Shown here one piece after another: positions 26,324 to 36,112 of a stretch of 64,000 nt of DNA. This stretch comes from an uncultured Acidaminococcales bacterium (lineage in GTDB: Bacteria; Bacillota; Negativicutes; Acidaminococcales; Acidaminococcaceae), in assembly GCA_964293585.1 (NCBI GenBank), contig CAXYYS010000001.1, positions 5,755 to 69,754 of the forward strand, written 5' to 3'. Both the position numbers and the translations under genes were made by a program. The notes beneath the pieces are model-generated. The model was not told the DNA's origin. It saw nothing but the letters and a program-made list of their open reading frames with translations, and did no database searches. Within the stretch, counting starts at the first letter, position 1; each line of letters opens with the position of its first letter.

Positions 26324-27415
26324 GTGGAACGATTTTATTGGGCGGCGCTCAGCGCTTTTCCCGGACTGGGGCTTAAAAATATTCCGGCCCTGGTGGATTA
26401 TTTTGGCAGTGCCCGGGCGGCGTATACAGCCAGCCGGGAAGATTACCTGGCCACGGGTTTACCTTTAGAGCCGCGGCGTCTGGGAGCCTATCTTAAGAAC
26501 CGGCGGCCCGGATATCCGGAGGAGCTGGCGGAGTTTTGCGCCAGGCAGCATCTGCAGGTCCTGTGTTATGCTGACCGGGACTATCCGGAGCAGCTGAAGC
26601 AGACGGCCATGCCGCCGGTGGCACTCTATATCAGGGGCAGCCTGCCGGATTTACAGCAGGGTCTGGCGATGGTAGGTTCGCGTAACGCTTCAGAATATGG
26701 TCTGCAAGTGGCCCGGGCTTTTGCCGCAGATTTAAGCGCGGCAGGTCTGGTGATTATCAGTGGTGGAGCCAAGGGCATCGACACCGCGTCCCACGAAGGG
26801 GCGCTTACAGGTGGCGGTCCCACAGTTGCTGTTCTTGGCTGCGGTATTGACATTACTTATCCCGCAAGGAATGCGTCTCTTTTTGCCCGTATCAGCGAAA
26901 ATGGCGCGGTGCTCAGCGAATTTCCGCCGGGTACGCCGCCTCTCGCCGGTAATTTTCCCCAGCGCAACCGTATTGTCAGCGGTCTGGCCCGGGGACTCCT
27001 GGTAGTGGAAGCCGCTAAACAAAGCGGCGCCATGATTACCGTGGGTTTTGCCCTGGAGGAGGGGCGGGATGTCTTCTGCGTTCCCGGCAGCATCTTTTTG
27101 CCTAACAGCGCCGGCTGCCACAGCCTGATCAAGGCCGGGGCCCGGCTGGTGGACAGGCCGGAGGATATCCTGGAGGAACTGCTGCCCAGGCAGCCGTTAG
27201 TCAGGCACGGACCTTCGCTGTTTAGTGCACCGGATTTGGACCTGACGCCTACCGGTCAGAAACTTTTACAGCTTTTAAGTGCGCAGCCGCAGCCACTGGA
27301 AGAAATTTTAGAAAAGACCGGGCTGGACCTGGCCACCGTCAGCAGAGAGTTATTGGATTTACAATTAAAAGGCGCGGTGGCAATGCTGGCCGGCCAAAGA
27401 TTTTATCGGATTTAG
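26324..27415 (+). CDS. dprA: DNA-processing protein DprA (Smf)
   Basis: Rossmann-like core (GSRNASEYG, ISGGAKGIDT.H, FPQRNRI.SGL). It lies upstream of topA, as in Bacillus. Confidence 0.9.
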   Translation: MERFYWAALSAFPGLGLKNIPALVDYFGSARAAYTASREDYLATGLPLEPRRLGAYLKNRRPGYPEELAEFCARQHLQVLCYADRDYPEQLKQTAMPPVALYIRGSLPDLQQGLAMVGSRNASEYGLQVARAFAADLSAAGLVIISGGAKGIDTASHEGALTGGGPTVAVLGCGIDITYPARNASLFARISENGAVLSEFPPGTPPLAGNFPQRNRIVSGLARGLLVVEAAKQSGAMITVGFALEEGRDVFCVPGSIFLPNSAGCHSLIKAGARLVDRPEDILEELLPRQPLVRHGPSLFSAPDLDLTPTGQKLLQLLSAQPQPLEEILEKTGLDLATVSRELLDLQLKGAVAMLAGQRFYRI

Positions 27416-27439
27416 TAAGTACCGTTTTAGGAGGATGAC

Positions 27440-29674
27440 ATGGCTAATAATTTAATCATCGTAGAGTCTCCTACCAAGTCCAAGACCATCGCTAAGTTTT
27501 TGCCCAAGACGTATGCGGTCACGGCTTCCATGGGACATTTGCGCGATTTACCCAAAAGTTCTTTCGGCGTGGACCTGGAGCATGATTTTGAGCCCAAGTA
27601 CATCAATATTCGCGGCAAGGGCGATTTAATCAAGGACCTGAAGGCCAAGGCCAAGAATGCCAAAAAGATTTATCTGGCAACAGACCCTGACCGCGAAGGT
27701 GAAGCTATCAGCTGGCATCTGGCTTATCTTTTAGGCCTGGATACCAAGGCTGTCTGCCGGATCGAGTTCCACGAGATCACGGAGACAGCGGTGAAGAATG
27801 CCTTAAAGAATGCTCGTGCCATCGATATGGATATGGTGGATGCCCAGCAGGCACGCCGGATCATTGACCGCATCGTGGGTTATAAACTGAGCCCGCTGCT
27901 TTGGCGCAAGGTTCGCAAAGGCTTAAGCGCCGGCCGTGTACAATCCGTGGCCGTGAAGATTATTGCGGACCGGGAAAAAGAAATCAAGGCTTTTGAGCCG
28001 GAAGAATATTGGACGCTGCAGGTCAAGCTGCGTCAGGATGCCAAGGCAGCTATCTTTGCCGCCGACGTGGTTAAATTTAAGAATGAGAAACTGACGCTGC
28101 ATAACGCGGAGGAAACCCTGCAGGTAGAAAAAGCTTTGGCCCGGGCCGCCTACCAGGTGGAAGAAGCGGTACGCAAAGATGTGCGCCGCCGCCCAATGCC
28201 GCCGTTTACTACCAGCAGCCTGCAGCAGGAAGCCGGCCGTAAGTTAAACTTTACTACCAAGAAGACCATGATTGTGGCCCAGCAGTTGTACGAAGGTATC
28301 AACGTGGGTAAGACCGGGTCCGTGGGTATGATCACGTACATGAGAACGGACTCTGTCCGTATGGCAAACGAGGCCCGTTTAAGTATCCGCGACCATATCA
28401 AGCAGGTGTACGGCGCTGCTTACTGTCCGGATAAGGCTAATTTTTTCGCCACCCGCCAGAGCGCCCAGGATGCTCACGAAGCTATCCGTCCCACGGCAGT
28501 GGAACGCACCCCGGCGGAAATGGAAAGATACCTGAGCAAGGACCAGTATAAGCTGTACAAGCTGATCTGGAACCGGGCCGTAGCCAGCCAGATGGCGGAA
28601 GCCGTGTACGAGAGTACCACCCTGAATATCAAGGGCGGCGAGTACGGGCTGCGTGCCAGCGGCAGTGTGTTGAAATTTGACGGCTATTTAAAACTGGCCG
28701 ATAAGAAGGAACAGGGAGATTCCCGGGAAGTTCCCTATATTCCGGCTCCGTCTCCGCTGGAACTGTACAAGGTTGTACCCGGCGAACAGCATTTTACCGA
28801 ACCGCCTCCACATTACACTGAAGCGGCGTTAGTTAAAGAGCTGGAAGAAAAAGGCATCGGCCGTCCTTCCACCTATGCACCTATCATCCAGACTATCCAG
28901 GACCGTGGTTATGTGGTCCGGGAAGGTAAGAAACTCTTAGTGACGGAACTGGGTCTGACGGTGGTGGATCTGCTGACGCAGTATTTTAAGGATGTCATCA
29001 ACATTCCTTTTTCCGCCGAGCTGGAAACCGAACTGGATGAGATTGCCGAGCATAAGGAAGACAAGCTGGCCATCTTAAAGAAATTTTATGATCCTTTCTC
29101 TAAGCTGCTGAAAGTGGCAGAAGTAGCCATCCCCAAGGTGGACCTGCCCGTGGAAGTCAGCGATGTGAAATGTGAAAAATGCGGTCGTATGATGGTGGTC
29201 AAGGAAGGCCGGTACGGTAAGTTCCTGGCCTGCCCTGGTTTCCCGGAGTGCCGCAACACGAAACCCATCCTGGTCAAGGCCGGGGTGAAATGTCCTGACT
29301 GCGGCGGTGAGGTCATCGTCCGCAAGACCAAGACCGGCCGTATTTTCTACGGCTGCTCTAATTATCCCACCTGCAAGTTTACGTCCTGGGATAAACCTTC
29401 GGCTACGGAAAAATGCCCGGAGTGCGGCCATTATATGGTGGAACATCTGGAACGGGGCGGCAAGATTAAGCTGTACTGCTCCAACGTAAAATGTCCCAAC
29501 GCTCTGCCGCGGCATACGGTACGTCATAAGGTGACCACGGCTTCCGTCTTAGGGGTGAAGCATGTGGTCAAGAAACGCCGGGCTGCTAAAGGCACGGCAA
29601 GAAAGACTGCGGCAACAGCCACCAAGAAGCGCACCGGTGCGCGGACGGGTGCCGGCCGCAAGCAGGCTCAGTAA
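27440..29674 (+). CDS. topA: DNA topoisomerase I, with C-terminal Cys4 zinc ribbons and a basic tail
   Basis: TOPRIM domain (LIIVESPTK, ATDPDREGE), active-site region YMRTDS, and multiple CxxC...CxxC ribbons. Confidence 0.97.
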   Translation: MANNLIIVESPTKSKTIAKFLPKTYAVTASMGHLRDLPKSSFGVDLEHDFEPKYINIRGKGDLIKDLKAKAKNAKKIYLATDPDREGEAISWHLAYLLGLDTKAVCRIEFHEITETAVKNALKNARAIDMDMVDAQQARRIIDRIVGYKLSPLLWRKVRKGLSAGRVQSVAVKIIADREKEIKAFEPEEYWTLQVKLRQDAKAAIFAADVVKFKNEKLTLHNAEETLQVEKALARAAYQVEEAVRKDVRRRPMPPFTTSSLQQEAGRKLNFTTKKTMIVAQQLYEGINVGKTGSVGMITYMRTDSVRMANEARLSIRDHIKQVYGAAYCPDKANFFATRQSAQDAHEAIRPTAVERTPAEMERYLSKDQYKLYKLIWNRAVASQMAEAVYESTTLNIKGGEYGLRASGSVLKFDGYLKLADKKEQGDSREVPYIPAPSPLELYKVVPGEQHFTEPPPHYTEAALVKELEEKGIGRPSTYAPIIQTIQDRGYVVREGKKLLVTELGLTVVDLLTQYFKDVINIPFSAELETELDEIAEHKEDKLAILKKFYDPFSKLLKVAEVAIPKVDLPVEVSDVKCEKCGRMMVVKEGRYGKFLACPGFPECRNTKPILVKAGVKCPDCGGEVIVRKTKTGRIFYGCSNYPTCKFTSWDKPSATEKCPECGHYMVEHLERGGKIKLYCSNVKCPNALPRHTVRHKVTTASVLGVKHVVKKRRAAKGTARKTAATATKKRTGARTGAGRKQAQ

Positions 29675-29686
29675 AATTTTAGAGAG

Positions 29687-29740
29687 CACGGGGTGCAGGT
29701 GCCAGTCCGTGAGGACAACCTGTCCACCTCGTGTTTTTTT
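29687..29740 (+). terminator. Long hairpin plus T7 between topA and trmFO (terminator or attenuator)
   Basis: CACGGGGTG (29687-29695) pairs with CACCTCGTG (29725-29733). Inner pairing CAGGT/ACCTG. Followed by TTTTTTT, immediately before the trmFO RBS. Confidence 0.65.
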
Positions 29741-29749
29741 GGAGGAAAT

Positions 29750-31069
29750 ATGCAACCTGTACATGTGATTGGCGCCGGTTTAGCCGGCAGTGAAGCCACG
29801 TACCAGCTGGCCAAGTATGGCGTACCTGTAATCTTGCACGAGATGCGTCCGGCACAGTCGGACCCGGCCCACAAGACCGGCGATTTTGCCGAGCTGGTCT
29901 GCAGTAATTCCCTGCGGGCCGCCAATGTGGAAAATGCCGTGGGGCTTTTAAAAGAAGAGATGCGTCGTCTGGACAGTGTCATCATGCGCCAGGCGGATGC
30001 CTATCAGGTACCGGCCGGAGGAGCTTTGGCCGTGGACCGGGAAGGTTTTGCCGCCGGGGTGACGGCAGCTGTCCGCAGCCTGCCCCAGGTCACCGTGGTG
30101 ACGGAAGGAGTCACGGATCTGTCCAAACTGGAAGGTACAGTGGTGGTGGCCAGCGGTCCTTTAACCTCGCCGGCTTTGTTTGCCCATATTCAGACGCTGA
30201 TCAGCGCCGGCTATTTATACTTTTTTGATGCGGCTGCGCCCATCGTGGCAGCAGATTCGCTTAATTATGACAAGATCTTTAAAGCTTCGCGCTATGATAA
30301 AGGCGAGGCGGCCTATCTGAACTGTCCTTTTTACACCAAGGAAGAGTACCTGGCTTTTTGGGAGGCGCTGGTTCATGCCGAGATGGCACCGGTCCACGAT
30401 TTTGAGACGGGTAATGTCTTTGAAGGCTGTATGCCTATTGAAGAGATGGCGGGGCGGGGCGAGGACACCATGCGTTTCGGTCCGTTGAAACCGGTAGGCC
30501 TGGTGGATCCACGGACAGGGAAGGAAGCTTATGCGGTGGTGCAGCTGCGTCAGGATAATGCGGCAGGTACCCTGTATAATATCGTAGGCTTCCAGACGCA
30601 TTTAAAATGGCCGGAGCAGAAACGGGTCTTCGGGATGATTCCCGGCCTGGAACAAGCGGAGTTCGTACGCTACGGGGTGATGCACAAGAATACCTATCTC
30701 AATTCGCCCCGGCTGCTGGATGACAAGTTTAACCTGCGGCAAAGTCCGCGCCTCTATTTTGCCGGCCAGATGACCGGTGTGGAAGGCTATGTGGAAAGTG
30801 CGGCTTCAGGATTAATGGCCGGTATCCATGCGGCCAGGTCCGTACTGGGACTTCCGCCGGTAACTTTCCCGGTAGAAACAGCCCATGGCGCCCTGGCACA
30901 TTATATCAGTAATCCCGCTGTGGAAAAATTTCAGCCCATGAATGTAAATTTTGGCTTACTGCCGCTCTTATCACAAAGAATTCACAAAAAGAAAATTAAA
31001 AATGCTTTAATTGCAGAACGGGCCTTAGCAAGCCTGGATACGGTGTTAGCCTCTTTAAAAATGCGCTAG
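29750..31069 (+). CDS. trmFO: Methylenetetrahydrofolate--tRNA-(uracil54-C5)-methyltransferase TrmFO
   Basis: N-terminal FAD motif [11 protein letters not shown], plus ELVCSNS. ATG 29750 follows GGAGG. topA-trmFO-xerC synteny. Confidence 0.92.
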   Translation: MQPVHVIGAGLAGSEATYQLAKYGVPVILHEMRPAQSDPAHKTGDFAELVCSNSLRAANVENAVGLLKEEMRRLDSVIMRQADAYQVPAGGALAVDREGFAAGVTAAVRSLPQVTVVTEGVTDLSKLEGTVVVASGPLTSPALFAHIQTLISAGYLYFFDAAAPIVAADSLNYDKIFKASRYDKGEAAYLNCPFYTKEEYLAFWEALVHAEMAPVHDFETGNVFEGCMPIEEMAGRGEDTMRFGPLKPVGLVDPRTGKEAYAVVQLRQDNAAGTLYNIVGFQTHLKWPEQKRVFGMIPGLEQAEFVRYGVMHKNTYLNSPRLLDDKFNLRQSPRLYFAGQMTGVEGYVESAASGLMAGIHAARSVLGLPPVTFPVETAHGALAHYISNPAVEKFQPMNVNFGLLPLLSQRIHKKKIKNALIAERALASLDTVLASLKMR

Positions 31070-31077
31070 GAATGCCC

Positions 31078-31106
31078 TTGTAAATTGGCTGCAATTGTAG
31101 TATAAT
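31078..31106 (+). promoter_or_regulatory. Sigma-A-type promoter upstream of xerC
   Basis: TTGTAA (31078-31083), a 17-nt spacer, then TATAAT (31101-31106). Confidence 0.55.
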
Positions 31107-31166
31107 GATAAAAATTCGAAAAATTCATGCAGAGCCGGGTTTGCCAGAAAAAAGGGGGCGGAACAG

Positions 31167-32087
31167 ATGTCTGAAGCTGTGCCGACAGAACCTGTTGTTG
31201 TCTCTTTTTTAAATTATCTGACGGTAGAAAAAAACTGCTCGCCCTTAACGGTGACTAATTATCGTAAGGACATCCAGGTTTTTCAAACGTATCTGGCAGC
31301 TAAGGGCTTTACTGATTTTACCTGGCCGTCCCTGACGGTTTTACAGATTCGCGGCTACCTGGCCTATATGAGCGACCAGCAATTTGCCCGCCGTACCATT
31401 GCCAGAAGGATTTCTTCTCTGCGCAGTTTTTATAAGTACCTGGTGCGGGAAGGCAAGATTGCCCAGAATCCTTTTACCAAGGTGCGTTCTCCCAAGCTGG
31501 ATAAACGGCTGCCTTCTTTTTTGGAAGAGGGGGAGATCAACGAGATCCTGGATTTGCCGGATCAGAGTTCGCCGCTGGGCTTACGGGACCAGGTGGTCCT
31601 GGAATTGTTGTATGCTACCGGATGCCGTGTATCTGAACTTGTGGGACTCAAATTGTCCAGCGTGGATACCGGTAATCTTTTTGTCCTGCTGCATGGCAAG
31701 GGCAACAAGGAACGTATCGTGCCCATCGGCCATAAATGCCGTACGGCGCTGTTGGCTTACTACAAGGAAAGCCGCAGGGTGCTCATGGCTAAATACCAGG
31801 TGGCGGAACACCAGAAAGTACTGGTCAACAGCCGGGGCGGAGCCTTAACGGACCGCAGCGTCCGCCGCATCCTGGACAAGTATGTACGGGCCCTGGCTTT
31901 GCGCAAGCATGTAAGTCCTCATACCATCCGGCATACTTTTGCCACGCATCTGCTGGAACACGGCGCCGATTTGCGGACCGTGCAGGAACTTTTGGGACAT
32001 GCCAATCTTTCCACGACCCAGATTTATACTCATGTTACGACGGAGCGCATCGCTTCTGTTTATAAAAAAAATTTTCCCCGTGCTTAA
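31167..32087 (+). CDS. xerC: Tyrosine recombinase XerC (CodV-like)
   Basis: Catalytic residues are in context: TGCRVSEL (R), HTIRHTFATHLL (HxxR), GH...TQIYTH (H, Y). Confidence 0.9.
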   Translation: MSEAVPTEPVVVSFLNYLTVEKNCSPLTVTNYRKDIQVFQTYLAAKGFTDFTWPSLTVLQIRGYLAYMSDQQFARRTIARRISSLRSFYKYLVREGKIAQNPFTKVRSPKLDKRLPSFLEEGEINEILDLPDQSSPLGLRDQVVLELLYATGCRVSELVGLKLSSVDTGNLFVLLHGKGNKERIVPIGHKCRTALLAYYKESRRVLMAKYQVAEHQKVLVNSRGGALTDRSVRRILDKYVRALALRKHVSPHTIRHTFATHLLEHGADLRTVQELLGHANLSTTQIYTHVTTERIASVYKKNFPRA

Positions 32088-32127
32088 GTCAAGTTGCTTG
32101 TAAAAATTTATTGAGGAGGGTAATGAA

Positions 32128-32895
32128 GTGAAATTACTGGATAAGACAAGAAAGATTAACCACTTGCTGCAACAAGGCGAAAAAGTGGAATTTGATGTGG
32201 TAGCCAAATTGTTGCAGAACCTGGTGAATGCTAACGTTTATATCATCAATACCAAGGGTGATATTAAAGGTTATGCTTTACAGGATAAGTTTGAATGCGA
32301 CATCATGCGGGAGCAGGTACTGGCCCACATGCATTTCCCGGCCGGCTATATGAATTTTGCCATGGGTTCCAGCGAGACGATTTCCAACATCAGCCATACG
32401 GAACATGATTGCACTTTCGTAGGCGGCACCAAGTGCCCGTATGGCAACAAACGTACCACGATCGTGCCCGTCTTTGGCAAGGGCGAACGGATCGGTACCC
32501 TGATCCTGGCCAAGTATGACCGTGATTTTACCGAAGATGATCTGCTGCTGGGCGAATATGCTTCCGCCGTCCTGGGCGTAGAAATTTTGCATGACCAGGC
32601 CAGCGAACTGGAAGCTGTGATGCGTAAAAAAGCCATGGTGCAGATTGCCTTTTCCACCTTAAGCTTTTCCGAGTGGGAAGCCATCGTCAATATCCTGAGC
32701 GAACTGAAGGGCAACGAAGGCATCCTGGTTGCGTCTAAGATCGCGGACCGGGTAGGAATTACCAGGTCGGTCATCGTTAACGCTATGCGCAAGTTTGAAA
32801 GCGCCGGTCTGATTGAAACCAAGTCCCTGGGAATGAAAGGTACCTGGATCAGGGTGAAAAACGAATATCTATTGGACGAAATCAAGAAGAAATAA
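32128..32895 (+). CDS. codY: GTP/BCAA-sensing global regulator CodY
   Basis: N-terminus (M)KLLDKTRKINHLLQ; C-terminal wHTH ASKIADRVGITRSVIVNA.RK.ES. GTG start 8 nt after GAGGAGGG. Confidence 0.93.
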   Translation: MKLLDKTRKINHLLQQGEKVEFDVVAKLLQNLVNANVYIINTKGDIKGYALQDKFECDIMREQVLAHMHFPAGYMNFAMGSSETISNISHTEHDCTFVGGTKCPYGNKRTTIVPVFGKGERIGTLILAKYDRDFTEDDLLLGEYASAVLGVEILHDQASELEAVMRKKAMVQIAFSTLSFSEWEAIVNILSELKGNEGILVASKIADRVGITRSVIVNAMRKFESAGLIETKSLGMKGTWIRVKNEYLLDEIKKK

Positions 32896-32952
32896 GGAAT
32901 TTCACCACGGTAAACTTCTTTTTCATGATTGTTCAAAAAAAATTCACAAAAT

Positions 32953-32988
32953 AAACGGGAACGGTACGCCGTTTCCGTTTATTTTTTT
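32953..32988 (+). terminator. Intrinsic terminator after codY
   Basis: AAACGGGAACGG / CCGTTTCCGTTT stem followed by ATTTTTTT. Confidence 0.85.
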
Positions 32989-33036
32989 AGGAAAATACTG
33001 TATAATGGAGTAGTGATTCACTAGGTGGAGGTTACC

Positions 33037-33657
33037 ATGCTCGATTTTAGTTCTATGCTATACCGGATTCCGGCTTTGCTTATCGCCTTAACTTTCCATG
33101 AGTATGCCCACGCTCTGGCGGCGGATGCCATGGGAGATAAGACCCCGCGTTTCATGGGCAGGCTGAGCATCAATCCGCTGGCACATTTAGATATCATGGG
33201 CACGCTGCTCCTGGTCCTGGCCGGTTTTGGCTGGGCCAAGCCCGTACCTATCAATCCTAATAATTTCCGCAACTACCGGGAAGGAATGATCAAGGTTTCT
33301 TTTGCCGGGGTAGGCGCTAATTTATTCCTGTGTTTTCTTTCGGTGTTCATCATGCTGGGTATGACCAAGTTTCAGGTTCTGACCAACGGCACCCAGGAAT
33401 TTTTATATTGGACCATGTTGTACAATGTCTGGTTTGCCTTTTTTAACCTGATTCCTATCCCGCCACTGGACGGGTCTCAGCTTTTAGGACAATTTTTACC
33501 GCCGAAGATGGCTTATGATTACGAGAACCTGGTAGGACGTTACGGTTTTGTTATTCTTATCGTCATCGTCTTTAGCGGGCTCAGCAACCTGGTCATCGGA
33601 CCGTTGTCCTCGGCGTTCGTACGCCTGTGTTACACGGTGGCGCATTTAATCTTTTAA
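33037..33657 (+). CDS. Site-2 protease (M50) family membrane metalloprotease
   Basis: HEYAHAL zinc motif in a TM helix; second motif NLIPIPPLDG. ATG 33037 follows GGTGGAGG. Confidence 0.8.
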   Translation: MLDFSSMLYRIPALLIALTFHEYAHALAADAMGDKTPRFMGRLSINPLAHLDIMGTLLLVLAGFGWAKPVPINPNNFRNYREGMIKVSFAGVGANLFLCFLSVFIMLGMTKFQVLTNGTQEFLYWTMLYNVWFAFFNLIPIPPLDGSQLLGQFLPPKMAYDYENLVGRYGFVILIVIVFSGLSNLVIGPLSSAFVRLCYTVAHLIF

Positions 33658-33678
33658 TTTATGGGAGGGGTTTGAGAA

Positions 33679-34671
33679 ATGTCTAAGGGAGTTATATTTA
33701 GCGGGATGCAGCCTTCCGGCCGTTTCCATCTGGGTAATTACATGGGAGCCCTGGAAAACTGGATCCGTTTACAGAATGAGTATGATTGTGTGTTCAGCAT
33801 CGTGGACCTGCATGCTTTGACCAGTTCTTATGACGATACCAGCAAGCTGCAGGATAATATCCGGGAAATGGCCATTGACTGGCTCAGCGCCGGTCTGGAT
33901 CCGGAAAAGAATATCATCTTCGTACAGAGCCATGTGAAGGAACATGCGGAACTGTGCCTGCTTTTAGGCATGAACACGCCGCTTTCCTGGCTGGAAAGGG
34001 TGCCGACCTATAAGGATAAGATTGTGAACCTGGGCAGCCAGGGTAAGGATATGCACACGTACGGTTTCCTGGGTTATCCGGTGCTCATGGCTGCGGATAT
34101 CCTTTTGTACCATGCCAACTTTGTTCCCGTAGGCGAGGATCAGGCGGCACATCTGGAGTTAACCAGGGAGATGGTACGCCGTTTCCACACCCTGTATCAC
34201 TGCAATATTTTCCCGGAACCTCAGCCGGTTTATTCCAAGGCCAAGGTTCTGCCGGGTATTGACGGCCGCAAGATGAGCAAGTCATACGGTAACACCATTC
34301 CTTTTGGTGCTTCTCCGGAAGAGGTTACGGCTTTGATTAACCAGATGGTGACAGATAAGACCCGTATCCGTAAAACTGATCCCGGTCATCCGGATGATTG
34401 CGTGGTCTTTAAGTTCCAGCAGGTCTTCAATACGGAAGAAGCGCCGACAATCTGTGAACGCTGCAAGGCCGGCGACATTGGCTGTGTAGCCTGCAAGAAA
34501 GCCCTGGCGGTTAAGATGAACGCTCTGCTGTCCGGGATTCATGCCAAGCGCCAGGAATTGGAAAAGAGACCTGACTACATCAAGGAAGTGCTGGATAACG
34601 GGGCTAAACGCGCCCAGGTTATTGCCGCTAAGAACATGGCTGAGATTAAGAAAGTCATGAACGTGCTGTAA
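33679..34671 (+). CDS. trpS: Tryptophan--tRNA ligase
   Basis: Class I motifs (SGMQPSGRFHLGNY for HIGH; KMSKS). Confidence 0.93.
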   Translation: MSKGVIFSGMQPSGRFHLGNYMGALENWIRLQNEYDCVFSIVDLHALTSSYDDTSKLQDNIREMAIDWLSAGLDPEKNIIFVQSHVKEHAELCLLLGMNTPLSWLERVPTYKDKIVNLGSQGKDMHTYGFLGYPVLMAADILLYHANFVPVGEDQAAHLELTREMVRRFHTLYHCNIFPEPQPVYSKAKVLPGIDGRKMSKSYGNTIPFGASPEEVTALINQMVTDKTRIRKTDPGHPDDCVVFKFQQVFNTEEAPTICERCKAGDIGCVACKKALAVKMNALLSGIHAKRQELEKRPDYIKEVLDNGAKRAQVIAAKNMAEIKKVMNVL

Positions 34672-34703
34672 GAACCCAAATATTCTAACTGAAGGCGGTC
34701 CTT

Positions 34704-35438
34704 ATGCCTGAATTAGCTATAAAAGTTCCGGATTTTGAAGGCCCTCTGGACCTTCTTATCCACCTGATTGAAAAAGATAAGCTGGATATTTATGATATTC
34801 CTGTTGCCTCGGTGACGGAGCAATATATCAACTATCTGCATACCCTGCAGGAGTTTGATATGGAGGTAGCTACCGGCTTTGTGGTCATGGCGGCCATGTT
34901 GCTGCAGATTAAATCCCGGATGCTGCTGCCTAAGGAACAGCGCAGTGACAACGGCGAGGAAGAAGCCGATCCCCGGCAGATGCTGGTGGATATGCTGGTG
35001 GAATACCGCCGGGTGAAAGATCATGCGGCGGCGCTTTTGGAACTTTACCACCAGGCCCGGCATTTTCATACCCGCCGGCCGCTTTTTGCCGGTAAGGTGG
35101 AACAGTACCTGCATCACTATCCGGTGACGGATTTATTCCAGGCTTTGGTCCAGCTGATGAGCGCCCGGGGCAGTGAGATTGCCTATGTGGAACGTCAGGA
35201 ATTTGATGTAGGACAGAAGATGGATGAGATTGTGGCGCTGCTGACCCGGCACCAGGAAGGGCTGGAATTTAAGGACGCCTTTGCCAGGACCGGAACTGCC
35301 AGTGAGCAGGTGGCTTCTTTCCTGGCCGTGCTGGAACTGCTGAAGCTGAAGGTCATCCGTATCCGTCAGGGCAGTGCCTTTGCACCAATTTATTTATTCT
35401 TGCGGCAAGGAGAAGATTGTGATGTGGCAGGACTTTAA
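34704..35438 (+). CDS. scpA: Segregation and condensation protein A
   Basis: N-terminus F.GPLDLLIHLIEKDKLDIYDIPVA, typical of kleisin ScpA. Followed by scpB. Confidence 0.9.
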   Translation: MPELAIKVPDFEGPLDLLIHLIEKDKLDIYDIPVASVTEQYINYLHTLQEFDMEVATGFVVMAAMLLQIKSRMLLPKEQRSDNGEEEADPRQMLVDMLVEYRRVKDHAAALLELYHQARHFHTRRPLFAGKVEQYLHHYPVTDLFQALVQLMSARGSEIAYVERQEFDVGQKMDEIVALLTRHQEGLEFKDAFARTGTASEQVASFLAVLELLKLKVIRIRQGSAFAPIYLFLRQGEDCDVAGL

Positions 35439-36084
35439 ACTGGGAGAAATTGAAGCTGTCCTTTTTGCAGCCGGGGAACCGGTAAGCGTGGCGCAGCTGG
35501 CTGAGATTCTCAGTCTGACCAAACCTCAGGTCTGGGAACTGGTAACGCAGCTGGGCGAAGCTTATAAAGATGAAAAACGCGGCCTGATGCTCAGAGAGGT
35601 AGGCGGTGGTTTTCAGCTCTGCACCAAAGAGGCGTTTGACGAAGCCGTGAATCAGCTGGCGGCTACAAAAGAATTGAAATTAACCAATGCCGCCATGGAA
35701 ACCCTGGCGATCATTGCTTTTAAACAACCTGTGACCCGCAGTGAGATGGAAGCCATCCGCGGCGTCAAGGTGGACGGGGTGGTAAATACCCTGCTGGAAT
35801 ACGGACTGATTGCGGAAGCAGGGCGGAAGGATACCGTGGGTAAGCCGATCATGTATGCTACAACGGCTAAGTTCCTGGAAACTTTCGGGATTAAATCCCT
35901 GGAAGATTTGCCCCGCCTGCCGGATGAAGCCCTGGGTACCAAGCCGGATAAGCCGGAAGAATTAAGTCTGTTGGATTTTGCCGAACCCGAGGCGGAGGAA
36001 CAAGCAGCCTCTGAGACGGGAGCACAAGTTGCTTCCGAAGCAGCAGAAACAACTGCTGCAGAAGCAGAACATCTTAAAGCCTAG
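35422..36084 (+). CDS. scpB: Segregation and condensation protein B, with an acidic Ala/Glu tail
   Basis: Motifs IEAVLFAAGEPVS, ETLAIIAFKQPVTR.E.E.IRGV and GKP..Y.TT. ATG 35422 overlaps the scpA end. Confidence 0.9.
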   Translation: MWQDFKLGEIEAVLFAAGEPVSVAQLAEILSLTKPQVWELVTQLGEAYKDEKRGLMLREVGGGFQLCTKEAFDEAVNQLAATKELKLTNAAMETLAIIAFKQPVTRSEMEAIRGVKVDGVVNTLLEYGLIAEAGRKDTVGKPIMYATTAKFLETFGIKSLEDLPRLPDEALGTKPDKPEELSLLDFAEPEAEEQAASETGAQVASEAAETTAAEAEHLKA

Positions 36085-36112
36085 ACGTGAGTCTACGCAG
36101 AAGTGAGGAAAA

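Noticed and set aside
33658-33678. A T-box leader might be expected upstream of trpS.
   Set aside because: Only 21 nt separate the M50 protease gene from trpS. There is no room for a T-box, and no specifier or T-box sequence is seen.
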